Positions 39,187-46,596 of a stretch of 64,000 bases of DNA are shown here, in pieces. Where the stretch lies: IMG/VR virus record IMGVR_UViG_3300037067_006113, positions 32,001-96,000 of that record; one strand, 5' to 3'. Made by a program: the position numbers and the translations under genes. The notes beneath the pieces are model-generated. The model was given only the letters and a program-made list of their open reading frames with translations, had not been told where the DNA came from and did no database searches. Each line of letters opens with the position of its first letter. The stretch's first letter is position 1. The stretch is from a virus (Duplodnaviria > Caudoviricetes).

Positions 39187-39262
39187 GCCACTGTGGCGGA
39201 ATGGCATACGCGTACGCCTTAGGAGCGTAATTCTAGAGGTTCGACTCCTCTCAGTGGTACCA
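39187..39262 (+). tRNA. tRNA-Leu(UAG), short variable loop
   Basis: TACGC-CTTAGGA-GCGTA; CCA. Confidence 0.92.
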
Positions 39263-39263
39263 T

Positions 39264-39340
39264 GCGTGGTTAGCTCAGTTTGGTAGAGCAACGCTTCTAC
39301 ACAGCGAAGGTCGGGAGTTCAAGTCTCTCACTACGCACCA
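39264..39340 (+). tRNA. tRNA-Val(UAC), C33
   Basis: Loop TC-TAC-AC; CCA. Confidence 0.88.
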
Positions 39341-39341
39341 A

Positions 39342-39416
39342 GCGGAGATAGTTTAACAGTAGAACACGTGTTTCATAAGCACGATTATGTTAGTGCAAAT
39401 CTAGCTCTCCGTACCA
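39342..39416 (+). tRNA. tRNA-Met(CAU), elongator or Ile2
   Basis: CGTGT-TTCATAA-GCACG; CCA. Confidence 0.85.
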
Positions 39417-39420
39417 ATAA

Positions 39421-39496
39421 CTAGGTGTAGGAAAATAGACAATCCGCACGGCCTGGGACCGTGAGATTGCTGGTTTGAGTCCAGCCACCTAGACCA
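39421..39496 (+). tRNA. tRNA-Pro(UGG), C33
   Basis: CACGG-CCTGGGA-CCGTG; C1:G72 and A73; CCA. Confidence 0.87.
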
Positions 39497-39497
39497 T

Positions 39498-39573
39498 GGA
39501 AACTTTGCCAATGTGGTCAAGGCGCTCGCCTGAAGAGCGAGTTATACAAGTTCGATCCTTGTAGTTTCCACCA
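39498..39573 (+). tRNA. tRNA-Phe(GAA)
   Basis: CTCGC-CTGAAGA-GCGAG; CCA. Confidence 0.92.
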
Positions 39574-39577
39574 ATAT

Positions 39578-39652
39578 AGCGGGGTGTGAGTAATAGTAAC
39601 TCGTGGGTTTCATAAGCCCGAGATTTGGGTGCAAGTCCCAACTCCGCTACCA
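39578..39652 (+). tRNA. tRNA-Met(CAU), initiator-like
   Basis: AGCGGGG acceptor; GGG/CCC anticodon stem; loop TTCATAA. Confidence 0.85.
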
Positions 39653-39658
39653 AATTAT

Positions 39659-39907
39659 ATGGAAATAGTTAGTACAGACTTATATCAAGTTGCTCTATAT
39701 ATCTGTTACGGGGGTAAAGTAAAGAATTTTAAGGGAATGGGAACCACAAAGAGTGGCTATGCTAAAAAGTATTTCTACGTAGAAATTAGTCCTTTTAGGA
39801 AATGGTTAGCCGACAATATAGGCATAGTACATTACACAACATTTAAATGGGCAAGGCAATATGCAAAGAAGTTAGATAGAAAACAGATACCTAATAGGTT
39901 ATGCTGA
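39659..39907 (+). CDS. small basic protein within the tRNA array (possibly DUF5659-like)
   Basis: STDLYQVALY pattern; fills the gap between tRNAs. Confidence 0.6.
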   Translation: MEIVSTDLYQVALYICYGGKVKNFKGMGTTKSGYAKKYFYVEISPFRKWLADNIGIVHYTTFKWARQYAKKLDRKQIPNRLC

Positions 39908-39976
39908 TTTAGCACAATGGCAGTGCGGTCGTCTTATAAGCGACTTATAGTGGTTCAATTCCATTAGTCAGCACCA
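39903..39976 (+). tRNA. tRNA-Ile(UAU)
   Basis: GTCGT-CTTATAA-GCGAC; A73; CCA. Confidence 0.88.
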
Positions 39977-39990
39977 TAATAATATAATAA

Positions 39991-40064
39991 GGTCCTTTCG
40001 TCTAACAGTAGGATCTTAGGTTCTCAGCCTAAAGACGTGAGTGCGATTCTCATAAGGACTACCA
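39991..40064 (+). tRNA. tRNA-Glu(CUC)
   Basis: TTAGG-TTCTCAG-CCTAA; Glu-type D arm; CCA. Confidence 0.9.
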
Positions 40065-40068
40065 GTAA

Positions 40069-40146
40069 GCGCCATTAGCCCAAATGGCAGAGGCGGTAAG
40101 CTCAAACCTTGCTCATGTGTAAGTTCGAATCTTACATGGCGTACCA
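40069..40146 (+). tRNA. tRNA-Leu(CAA), short variable loop
   Basis: GTAAG-CTCAAAC-CTTGC; CCA. Confidence 0.9.
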
Positions 40147-40295
40147 TTGAAAACTGAATAGGCTCGTTATGGGCAGTGAACCATTAGGGACTAGGAGTCT
40201 AGTAATATGTTAACTAAACGGTAATTGCAATCTATTACCACCTAGAGGTGTACAACTCTGCAAGTCAAACCTTGCCGAGCCTACTTAGTTTTTAA
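40147..40295 (+). ncRNA. tRNA-like RNA (core 40160-40282) with a branched domain replacing the anticodon loop
   Basis: AGGCTCG/CGAGCCT acceptor; ATGG/CCAT D stem; GCAAG-TCAAAC-CTTGC T arm; outer TTGAAAACTGAAT/ACTTAGTTTTTAA duplex; no CCA. Confidence 0.65.
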
Positions 40296-40301
40296 GTTTA
40301 T

Positions 40302-40625
40302 ATGAAGATTAAAGAGATAACAGAAGATCATATTCTATTTGATAATGGTATAAAAATAACTTATTACCATAATCAAGATTGTTGTGAAAATGTATATGCT
40401 GATTTTAGGCAGTTATTAGATACTACAATATTAGTAGAGGATTTTAAGAGATTATATATGCAGGGTATAAAAGATACAGGGGTAAGACTTAATGGTTATT
40501 TAATACCTTGTTATAATTACCAAAATGGATATTATTCTAGTGATTTAACTATAATAGTTAGTTATCCAGACGGTAGAGTTAAAGAAATAGACGCCAGTAG
40601 TTTTGTGGAAGATCATATAGATTAA
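40302..40625 (+). CDS. conserved phage hypothetical protein
   Basis: HNQDCCENVY...NGYYS motifs. Confidence 0.75.
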   Translation: MKIKEITEDHILFDNGIKITYYHNQDCCENVYADFRQLLDTTILVEDFKRLYMQGIKDTGVRLNGYLIPCYNYQNGYYSSDLTIIVSYPDGRVKEIDASSFVEDHID

Positions 40626-40700
40626 GCTTCTATAGCTCAACGGACAGAGCACTCGTCTTCGGAACGAGTAATGGGGGTTCGATTCCTCTTAGAAGCTCCA
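40626..40700 (+). tRNA. tRNA-Arg(UCG)
   Basis: CTCGT-CTTCGGA-ACGAG; CCA. Confidence 0.92.
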
Positions 40701-40701
40701 T

Positions 40702-40779
40702 GCTTCGGTAGCTCAGTCTGAATAGAGCAGCCGCCTTCTAAGCGGAAGATCAAAGGTTTGAATCCTTTTCGGAGCACCA
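40702..40779 (+). tRNA. tRNA-Arg(UCU)
   Basis: Loop CTTCTAA; CCA. Confidence 0.92.
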
Positions 40780-40791
40780 ATATAATATTGC

Positions 40792-40867
40792 GGGTTTGTA
40801 GCTAAACGGTTACAGCAATCGGCTCTTAACCGAGAGATTGAAGGTTCAAGTCCTTTCAAACCCACCA
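40792..40867 (+). tRNA. tRNA-Lys(CUU)
   Basis: Loop CTCTTAA; CCA. Confidence 0.93.
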
Positions 40868-40868
40868 A

Positions 40869-40942
40869 GAACCCATGGCTTAGGGATTGAGCAGCGGCCT
40901 TTTAAGCCGCCTAGGAAAGTTTGAGTCTTTCTGGGTTCACCA
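40869..40942 (+). tRNA. tRNA-Lys(UUU)
   Basis: GCGGC-CTTTTAA-GCCGC; CCA. Confidence 0.92.
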
Positions 40943-40943
40943 A

Positions 40944-41019
40944 GCCGCCGTATCCCAACGGCAGAGGAAAACGACTTAAAATCGTTAAAGTAGTGGTTCG
41001 AATCCACTCGGCGGTACCA
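40944..41019 (+). tRNA. tRNA-Leu(UAA), short variable loop
   Basis: AACGA-CTTAAAA-TCGTT; CCA. Confidence 0.92.
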
Positions 41020-41020
41020 G

Positions 41021-41094
41021 GGTGCTGTCGTCTATAGGTAGGATCCTAGATTTTCAGTCTAGTGAACAGAGTTCGATTCTCTGTAGCACCACCA
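41021..41094 (+). tRNA. tRNA-Glu(UUC)
   Basis: CTAGA-TTTTCAG-TCTAG; CCA. Confidence 0.93.
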
Positions 41095-41105
41095 AATAAG
41101 AATAT

Positions 41106-41192
41106 GGAGGATTAAACCGTAATTGGTAGCGGCGCGGTCCTGAAAACCGTGGTGTCACAGCCTTATAGGTTCGAGTCCTGTATCCTCCGCCA
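41106..41192 (+). tRNA. tRNA-Ser(UGA), C33
   Basis: GCGGT-CCTGAAA-ACCGT; long variable arm; G73; CCA. Confidence 0.9.
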
Positions 41193-41195
41193 TAT

Positions 41196-41269
41196 GGGTT
41201 ATTAAGTTAACGGTAGACTGGTGCCCTGTCGAGGCATAAGTAGGAGTTCGACTCTCCTATAGCCCGCCA
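41196..41269 (+). tRNA. tRNA-Asp(GUC)
   Basis: GTGCC-CTGTCGA-GGCAT; G73; CCA. Confidence 0.92.
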
Positions 41270-41274
41270 AATAA

Positions 41275-41349
41275 ACTCTGGTAGCATAGTGGTAGTGCAG
41301 TCCTCCGATACAGGAAAGATCGTAGGTTCGATCCCTACTCAGAGTACCA
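41275..41349 (+). tRNA. tRNA-Ile(GAU), C33
   Basis: Loop CC-GAT-AC; A73; CCA. Confidence 0.88.
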
Positions 41350-41351
41350 AT

Positions 41352-41441
41352 GGAAGTGAACTCGAGGTCGGCTGATCGTGCTTGTTTGCTAAACAAGTTT
41401 ACTGTGAGGTAACGAGGGTTCGAATCCCTCCACTTCCGCCA
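41352..41441 (+). tRNA. tRNA-Ser(GCU)
   Basis: CTTGT-TTGCTAA-ACAAG; long variable arm; CCA. Confidence 0.9.
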
Positions 41442-41446
41442 TTAAT

Positions 41447-41683
41447 ATGAAACAAGTAAAATTAAGTTATAATAATATCGAATCCATTGTATGGTTAGAT
41501 GAAATAGTAAAGGTTGGAGATGGTGTTACATTGAAGGATTCTGAATATCCAAAAAGAATATGGAAAGTCATTGAAATATTTAATGCATCCATAGATAAGA
41601 GAAATATAAAAGATGGAAGAGATTGGTTTGGCACAGATTATGTAAAAAAGAGTGGTTCGTATTTAAGTAAACAATGGTCATAA
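41447..41683 (+). CDS. hypothetical protein within the tRNA array
   Basis: ORF fills the gap between tRNAs. Confidence 0.65.
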   Translation: MKQVKLSYNNIESIVWLDEIVKVGDGVTLKDSEYPKRIWKVIEIFNASIDKRNIKDGRDWFGTDYVKKSGSYLSKQWS

Positions 41684-41689
41684 ATATAT

Positions 41690-41765
41690 GTTGGGCATAG
41701 TGTAATGGTTAGCACTCTTTGCTGTGAACAAGGAAGTGTGAGTTCAATTCTCACTGCTCACCCCA
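41690..41765 (+). tRNA. tRNA-His(GUG)
   Basis: Loop CTGTGAA; G-1:C73; CCA. Confidence 0.92.
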
Positions 41766-41774
41766 ATATAATAT

Positions 41775-41857
41775 GCCAGTCGACCCAGCTGGGAACGGGT
41801 GCTGACTGTAAATCAGTTGCTTCGGCTAGTATGGTTCGATTCCATAGACTGGCACCA
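41775..41857 (+). tRNA. tRNA-Tyr(GUA)
   Basis: GCTGA-CTGTAAA-TCAGT; variable arm with TTCG loop; CCA. Confidence 0.92.
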
Positions 41858-41884
41858 TTGTGATATAATAAATAATATTGATTT

Positions 41885-41960
41885 GCCTGTATAGCTCATC
41901 TGGTAGAGCGGGGATTTTGTAAATCTCAGGCGGGGAGTTCGAGGCTCTCTACAGGCTCCA
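41885..41960 (+). tRNA. tRNA-Thr(UGU)
   Basis: GGGAT-TTTGTAA-ATCTC; CCA. Confidence 0.93.
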
Positions 41961-42054
41961 TTTACAACTCTCTTTTTGATCATATTGAATTTATTTCTCT
42001 TATAAGGTATTATTATTTTGCTGGAAGTCAGGCCAAGTTAAGAAAGGTAAAGTT

Positions 42055-42396
42055 ATGCCAGATACAGTTCGGTCAAACTTACCCCCAATAGTTGAGGGTT
42101 ATAAAGAAGTAGGTCAAGTTATAGACGATAGTGATATAAATTGTCTTATAGGTAAATTGCTTACTTATATTGACGCAACTTATTCAGATAGAGAGCAGAG
42201 AGAAGCTCATAAATCTCTTGTTAAGCAGACAGTATATAATTGGTATAATTCTCATAGAGAATATCAAGGAATATACCGTATACAGTTTACATATGGTGAA
42301 AACTCGCCAATTAAAATTCCTGAATCTTTTGAATGGGAACACAACGGCACTACCTACCATAGTAGTGATATAAAAGTGAGTGGTAGTACTAGTTAA
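42055..42396 (+). CDS. hypothetical protein flanked by inverted repeats (42018-42038 / 42426-42440)
   Basis: AGAAAGGT SD; TTGCTGGA..GCCAAGT pairs with ACTTGGC-TCCAGCAA. Confidence 0.75.
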   Translation: MPDTVRSNLPPIVEGYKEVGQVIDDSDINCLIGKLLTYIDATYSDREQREAHKSLVKQTVYNWYNSHREYQGIYRIQFTYGENSPIKIPESFEWEHNGTTYHSSDIKVSGSTS

Positions 42397-42467
42397 GTAA
42401 TTAAGTTAGTTATTAATTTTAATTTACTTGGCTCCAGCAATTATTATTTGATAACTCTCCTGTTGAT

Positions 42468-42890
42468 TTATATATGCTTTAAATTCCAACCGTGTTTATT
42501 ACCCCATTCCGCAGCTTCATTTTCCAGTTCCTCTTTTACTTTCGCAAATTCAGGATTTTCTTCTATTAGTTTACTAAAGTACTCCATATTATATTGATAG
42601 TCTGATTTAAATGGTCGCGGATCGTCTTTATACTGTTTTCCACATAAGAACTGACGACATGGATATGGACGAATATCATAAACTAAACATGAAGTGCCAT
42701 TTTCAGTCGTTTTAAGAGCTGGACATGGTTTAGGCCATAGGATCATACCGTTATTTAATAATGTTCCTTTTAGTTCAATTCCTAGTTTTTTAAGTTCTTC
42801 AGCCACTAAGATAAACTCGCCTTTCGACGAGTACTTATCTATACTGGCACCACAGCACCAACCGCAAAAATAACATCTAAAATTACACAT
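42468..42890 (-). CDS. YkgJ/CxxCxxCC cysteine-cluster protein
   Basis: FRCYFCGWCC, PCPAL, CLVYDIRPYPCRQF. Confidence 0.85.
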   Translation of the reverse strand: MCNFRCYFCGWCCGASIDKYSSKGEFILVAEELKKLGIELKGTLLNNGMILWPKPCPALKTTENGTSCLVYDIRPYPCRQFLCGKQYKDDPRPFKSDYQYNMEYFSKLIEENPEFAKVKEELENEAAEWGNKHGWNLKHI

Positions 42891-42900
42891 ATTAATTGTG

Positions 42901-43179
42901 TTACATTTTTGCTATTTTGTTAGCGATTTTGCTATTGCGGAACCAATAATTGTAGACTGATTGTGAAGCTATTAAAGCGGTTCCAATTGAACCAACAATC
43001 GCGTCTAAATTGGCGGTTTTAAGTTCACCATTAATAAGTGAGGATATAACACCGATAATTGCACAAGTTCCTAATGTAATAGAATAGTTAACGATTTTAT
43101 TATCGGCAAATTTAGTTTTTATATATTCCACTACTGGTGGTAAAAATAAACCTAATATAAATGATAGTTCTTCTGACAT
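42901..43179 (-). CDS. putative holin
   Basis: 92 aa, 2-3 TM segments, basic tail, near the endolysin. Confidence 0.65.
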   Translation of the reverse strand: MSEELSFILGLFLPPVVEYIKTKFADNKIVNYSITLGTCAIIGVISSLINGELKTANLDAIVGSIGTALIASQSVYNYWFRNSKIANKIAKM

Positions 43180-43225
43180 AATTTTATTCCTTTAAAAAAT
43201 CTGACACTTTAACTTTTACTTGAAG

Positions 43226-43408
43226 TTATCTTTTTGGTCCTCCTTGAACAGTTTGTCCTTGACTATTAGGATTTACAGAACTTGAGCCGTTTGGTGCTCC
43301 CGCTCCTGGTTTAGTTGAACTTGCTGCTGGCATAGGACTCATTGGCTTACTTGGACCTTTTGTTGATCCTGGTCTTGGTCCTGTTGGAATGTTTGGTGCT
43401 TTAGGCAT
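43226..43408 (-). CDS. Pro/Gly/Ser-rich disordered peptide
   Basis: Strong AAGGAGG SD. Confidence 0.7.
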   Translation of the reverse strand: MPKAPNIPTGPRPGSTKGPSKPMSPMPAASSTKPGAGAPNGSSSVNPNSQGQTVQGGPKR

Positions 43409-43458
43409 AATTTATTTCGCCTCCTTCTTTAATTTCAAATTAATAATATAACTTTTAC

Positions 43459-43725
43459 TTATAAAACATATTCGCCTTCTTTAATAGCGTAGTGGTCAGT
43501 TATTGGATTATAAGTCATACAAATATGTTCACTGCCGATTGCTGCTGTCCATTGTGCATTAGCAAAGCAAGCTGCTGTATATAAAGAATATTCTTCATGA
43601 GATCCTTCTTCTAATACTTCTTCGTTCTTGCTATAACTTCCGTTAATTCCGTCAAACCAGTGATCTGCATAATAGAAATATTGAGTTGTTAGGCCTCTTA
43701 ATGAGGTTGCGGTTGGTGCTGCCAT
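43459..43725 (-). CDS. hypothetical protein
   Basis: Co-directional ORF. Confidence 0.65.
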   Translation of the reverse strand: MAAPTATSLRGLTTQYFYYADHWFDGINGSYSKNEEVLEEGSHEEYSLYTAACFANAQWTAAIGSEHICMTYNPITDHYAIKEGEYVL

Positions 43726-43764
43726 ATTACTTTTGTATTACTTTATGTAACAAATATGAGCTTA

Positions 43765-44190
43765 TTATAAGGAAAGAAGATATTTTGAATATTTAATGAC
43801 TGTATTTTCGTTAAATGACAAGTTACTTTTACCAAAGTTTGGTATCAAGTGTATATCTATAACTCTATCGTCATTATCCTTGCGAATAAGTAAATATAAA
43901 TCAGTAGTATCTTTTTGTTTCATTAAAAAGAACTTCCATCTATAAGTACCTCGATTTGTCATTGTTGGTTTGGCTGTCTTGACATCAACTAATTTTCTGT
44001 TCCAACTCAAGTCGCAAGGTCTATTTATCTTCTTTGACCCGATTAATACTTTGAGAGCCAATTCCTCACCCCTATAACCAATACTGGTACCGTGTCCAAT
44101 GTATTGTTGTGGATGTTTTTTTCTATACTCTCTAAAATATGCTCGTCTGCTTATGCCACGAAGCCTCTCTTTTTCGGGATCTTTTGCCAT
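43765..44190 (-). CDS. free-standing PD-(D/E)xK endonuclease-like protein
   Basis: GYRGEELA..PCDL..VDVKTA; own promoter TTGACT-17-TATTAT at 44197-44225. Confidence 0.65.
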   Translation of the reverse strand: MAKDPEKERLRGISRRAYFREYRKKHPQQYIGHGTSIGYRGEELALKVLIGSKKINRPCDLSWNRKLVDVKTAKPTMTNRGTYRWKFFLMKQKDTTDLYLLIRKDNDDRVIDIHLIPNFGKSNLSFNENTVIKYSKYLLSL

Positions 44191-44230
44191 ATCCCTATAA
44201 TAGGCTCACAATGTCATAAAGTCAATACTT

Positions 44231-45115
44231 TTATTTTTCGCCTCCTTTTTTAATTTTGTTAAAAATAGTCAAAATACTCATACATAGTTTATATGAAGTA
44301 GTATCTTTGACTTCTAAGTACTTCTTATACGGACCCTCCAACTGCTTATCCCACTCAATCTTAGCTTCATTAACGGCAACTTCCGTTGCTACCTTTGCCT
44401 TTTCCTCTGTTTCTTCCACGGCTATTTTTACCGCTTCCGCCTTTTGATTTTCCCATAATTGTTTCTCCTTTTCAAAATTACTTGACAAACTTTCTTGCAA
44501 TTTTCCTTTTTCTGTGTTACAATCCGTAACTGTCACATATTGACCAGAATGTAACTTCAGATCCGATCCATGCATTTCCTTGATTACGTCAAGGTGCGTT
44601 TCGGAATTTTGGTAACCAATACTCACCAGATATTCCTTGATTGGTATACCGTAATTATCCGCTGGTTGCGGTTGAATCGGATCTGAAATCACGCCAATAT
44701 ATGGTGTTTGATCTATAAATCCATTATAACCATTATTTCTATTTCTTGGAAGACGATAATATCCGATATGTAGGTGAGGACCAGTAGAAGCTCCAGTATT
44801 ATTAGATACTCCTATTTCTTGTCCTTCTTTTACTTTATCTCCTACTTTCACCGATAATGATTTCATATGACCGAGGACTGATCCTTCTTTATCGTTTTCT
44901 ATTTTCACATATTTACCGTATCCATTAGTATCATTCGCAGATTCTATTATTGTTCCATCATGTGGAGCTAAAACTCTAGTACCTGTTGGTAATCCATAGT
45001 CTATACCATTATGTCCAAGTAAATTCCACTGAGCATAGTAATCTTTCCCATCAATAATGAGCTTATTTCCGAACGTTTGTGTAATTATAAAATCTTCATC
45101 AAAAGGTTTTCGCAT
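44231..45115 (-). CDS. endolysin, M23 peptidase with C-terminal coiled coil
   Basis: GHNGIDY, YGKYV, STGPHLH. Confidence 0.92.
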   Translation of the reverse strand: MRKPFDEDFIITQTFGNKLIIDGKDYYAQWNLLGHNGIDYGLPTGTRVLAPHDGTIIESANDTNGYGKYVKIENDKEGSVLGHMKSLSVKVGDKVKEGQEIGVSNNTGASTGPHLHIGYYRLPRNRNNGYNGFIDQTPYIGVISDPIQPQPADNYGIPIKEYLVSIGYQNSETHLDVIKEMHGSDLKLHSGQYVTVTDCNTEKGKLQESLSSNFEKEKQLWENQKAEAVKIAVEETEEKAKVATEVAVNEAKIEWDKQLEGPYKKYLEVKDTTSYKLCMSILTIFNKIKKGGEK

Positions 45116-45117
45116 AT

Positions 45118-46291
45118 TTATTTACTCCTAATATCTTCTATGTAATTATGCATTTTCATTATAACAAAAAATACACCAGTTATGCCAACTAATCTCAAAA
45201 AATTAACTGTGTTTTTATCAAAGTTAGTGGCGAAAAATGGCTTTAATATACTAATTAATGCGATACCACTGAAATTATTTGAAATACTATCAGAAACTAA
45301 TAGTCCATATATAATTAATTGACTTGCCGCCCATGCAATGAAGTAATTTGGCGCTTTTCTAACAATTCCATGTATTAGGAAGTATAAATTCCATAGTAAT
45401 ATATATAAAGACACTGCATAATCACTAATTATTAAATCTGGCATAGTTTTATATTAACCTTTTGCGATTTTTCTAATGCTTTTTTGTATTTCTTTGTCTT
45501 TTCTTTGATTATTTCCACCATTTTTTATGGTATGCCATAGTGCTAAACTACGTACAGTAATACTCTTTTGGGTGTGTCTACCATTAATTCTACCTTTAGA
45601 TTCTAGTAGTTTTGATTGGTAAACTAGATTTTTTGGTATATATCTTTCAGAAAGTTCCCAAAGTCTCCATATTGTAACTGCACTGGTTAAAAACTGTAAA
45701 AATATAAGTGTTCTTAATACAAATGGTGTTAACTGATATTCTAATTCATTAATTCTTAAATGCACACTCTTAGGAGAAAAATGAATAAATAAAATGGTAT
45801 TTATTAATGCCATTAGTAACGACCATGCCTGAAAATTCAGTAGTGACTTCTTATATCTCCAAAATACAAATAATGCCAAAGACAATGAGGCTATAAAAAG
45901 AGCCAAAGAGGCATCTTCCCACGAATGGTATGGTTTATTAGTCATTAACAGTAAATTAGTATCAATCAGTCGTTGAAGTATCATTTTTACTATCCTCTTT
46001 CTTGGGTGATTCAAGTTTCTTCTGAATAAAGGCTAACACATAAACTATGAAATATCCACCTAGAAATGCCCATACAAAATTATTATCAAATAATAATGCG
46101 CCAGTTACACTAACAATAATGGCTCCTAATAAAGAGCCATCGTTCCACCAAGATCTGAAGTTGGCTTTGTATCCACCTCGGATCGAAAGTCTGGTAAGTC
46201 CAGCTAATACACCTGTAATAATATATAAGATTATAAGTTCTGGTGTATATGTTTTTTGCAGAAATAACTGCTTTAAAAATTCTTCTGTCAT
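45118..46291 (-). CDS. three multi-TM membrane proteins (45118-45444, 45454-46014, 45962-46291), holin or lysis-accessory candidates
   Basis: Hydrophobic segments; immediately upstream of the endolysin. Confidence 0.6.
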
Positions 46292-46293
46292 AA

Positions 46294-46563
46294 TTATTTT
46301 CTCCTTATTTTTTTCAAAATTATATCTATTCTATAATCATAGATACTAATGGGGTTTTTATCAAGTTCCAATGCAATATCTTTCTGTTCCAAATCAGCGA
46401 GATCAGGTTCATATACTCCAGATTCATTTTTTATCCAATTAATTATTAATCTCTCTGTTTTTTCTTTATCCCCAATCCATTGGTTTAGGTGCATATTACT
46501 ATGAACACGACCTTCTATTGTCCCAATGATTTTTCCTGTTTCTTTTTCATAAAATATAATCAT
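46294..46563 (-). CDS. hypothetical protein (possible tail fibre accessory)
   Basis: MIIFYEKETGKIIG N-terminus; follows the tail genes. Confidence 0.55.
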   Translation of the reverse strand: MIIFYEKETGKIIGTIEGRVHSNMHLNQWIGDKEKTERLIINWIKNESGVYEPDLADLEQKDIALELDKNPISIYDYRIDIILKKIRRK

Positions 46564-46596
46564 ACTAAATCCTCACCCTATATTATAGAACAAATC

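Noticed and set aside
39187-41960. Suppressor or selenocysteine tRNA, or stop-codon recoding
   Set aside because: No CUA, UUA or UCA anticodon found; genes are intact in the standard code and end in TAA, TAG and TGA
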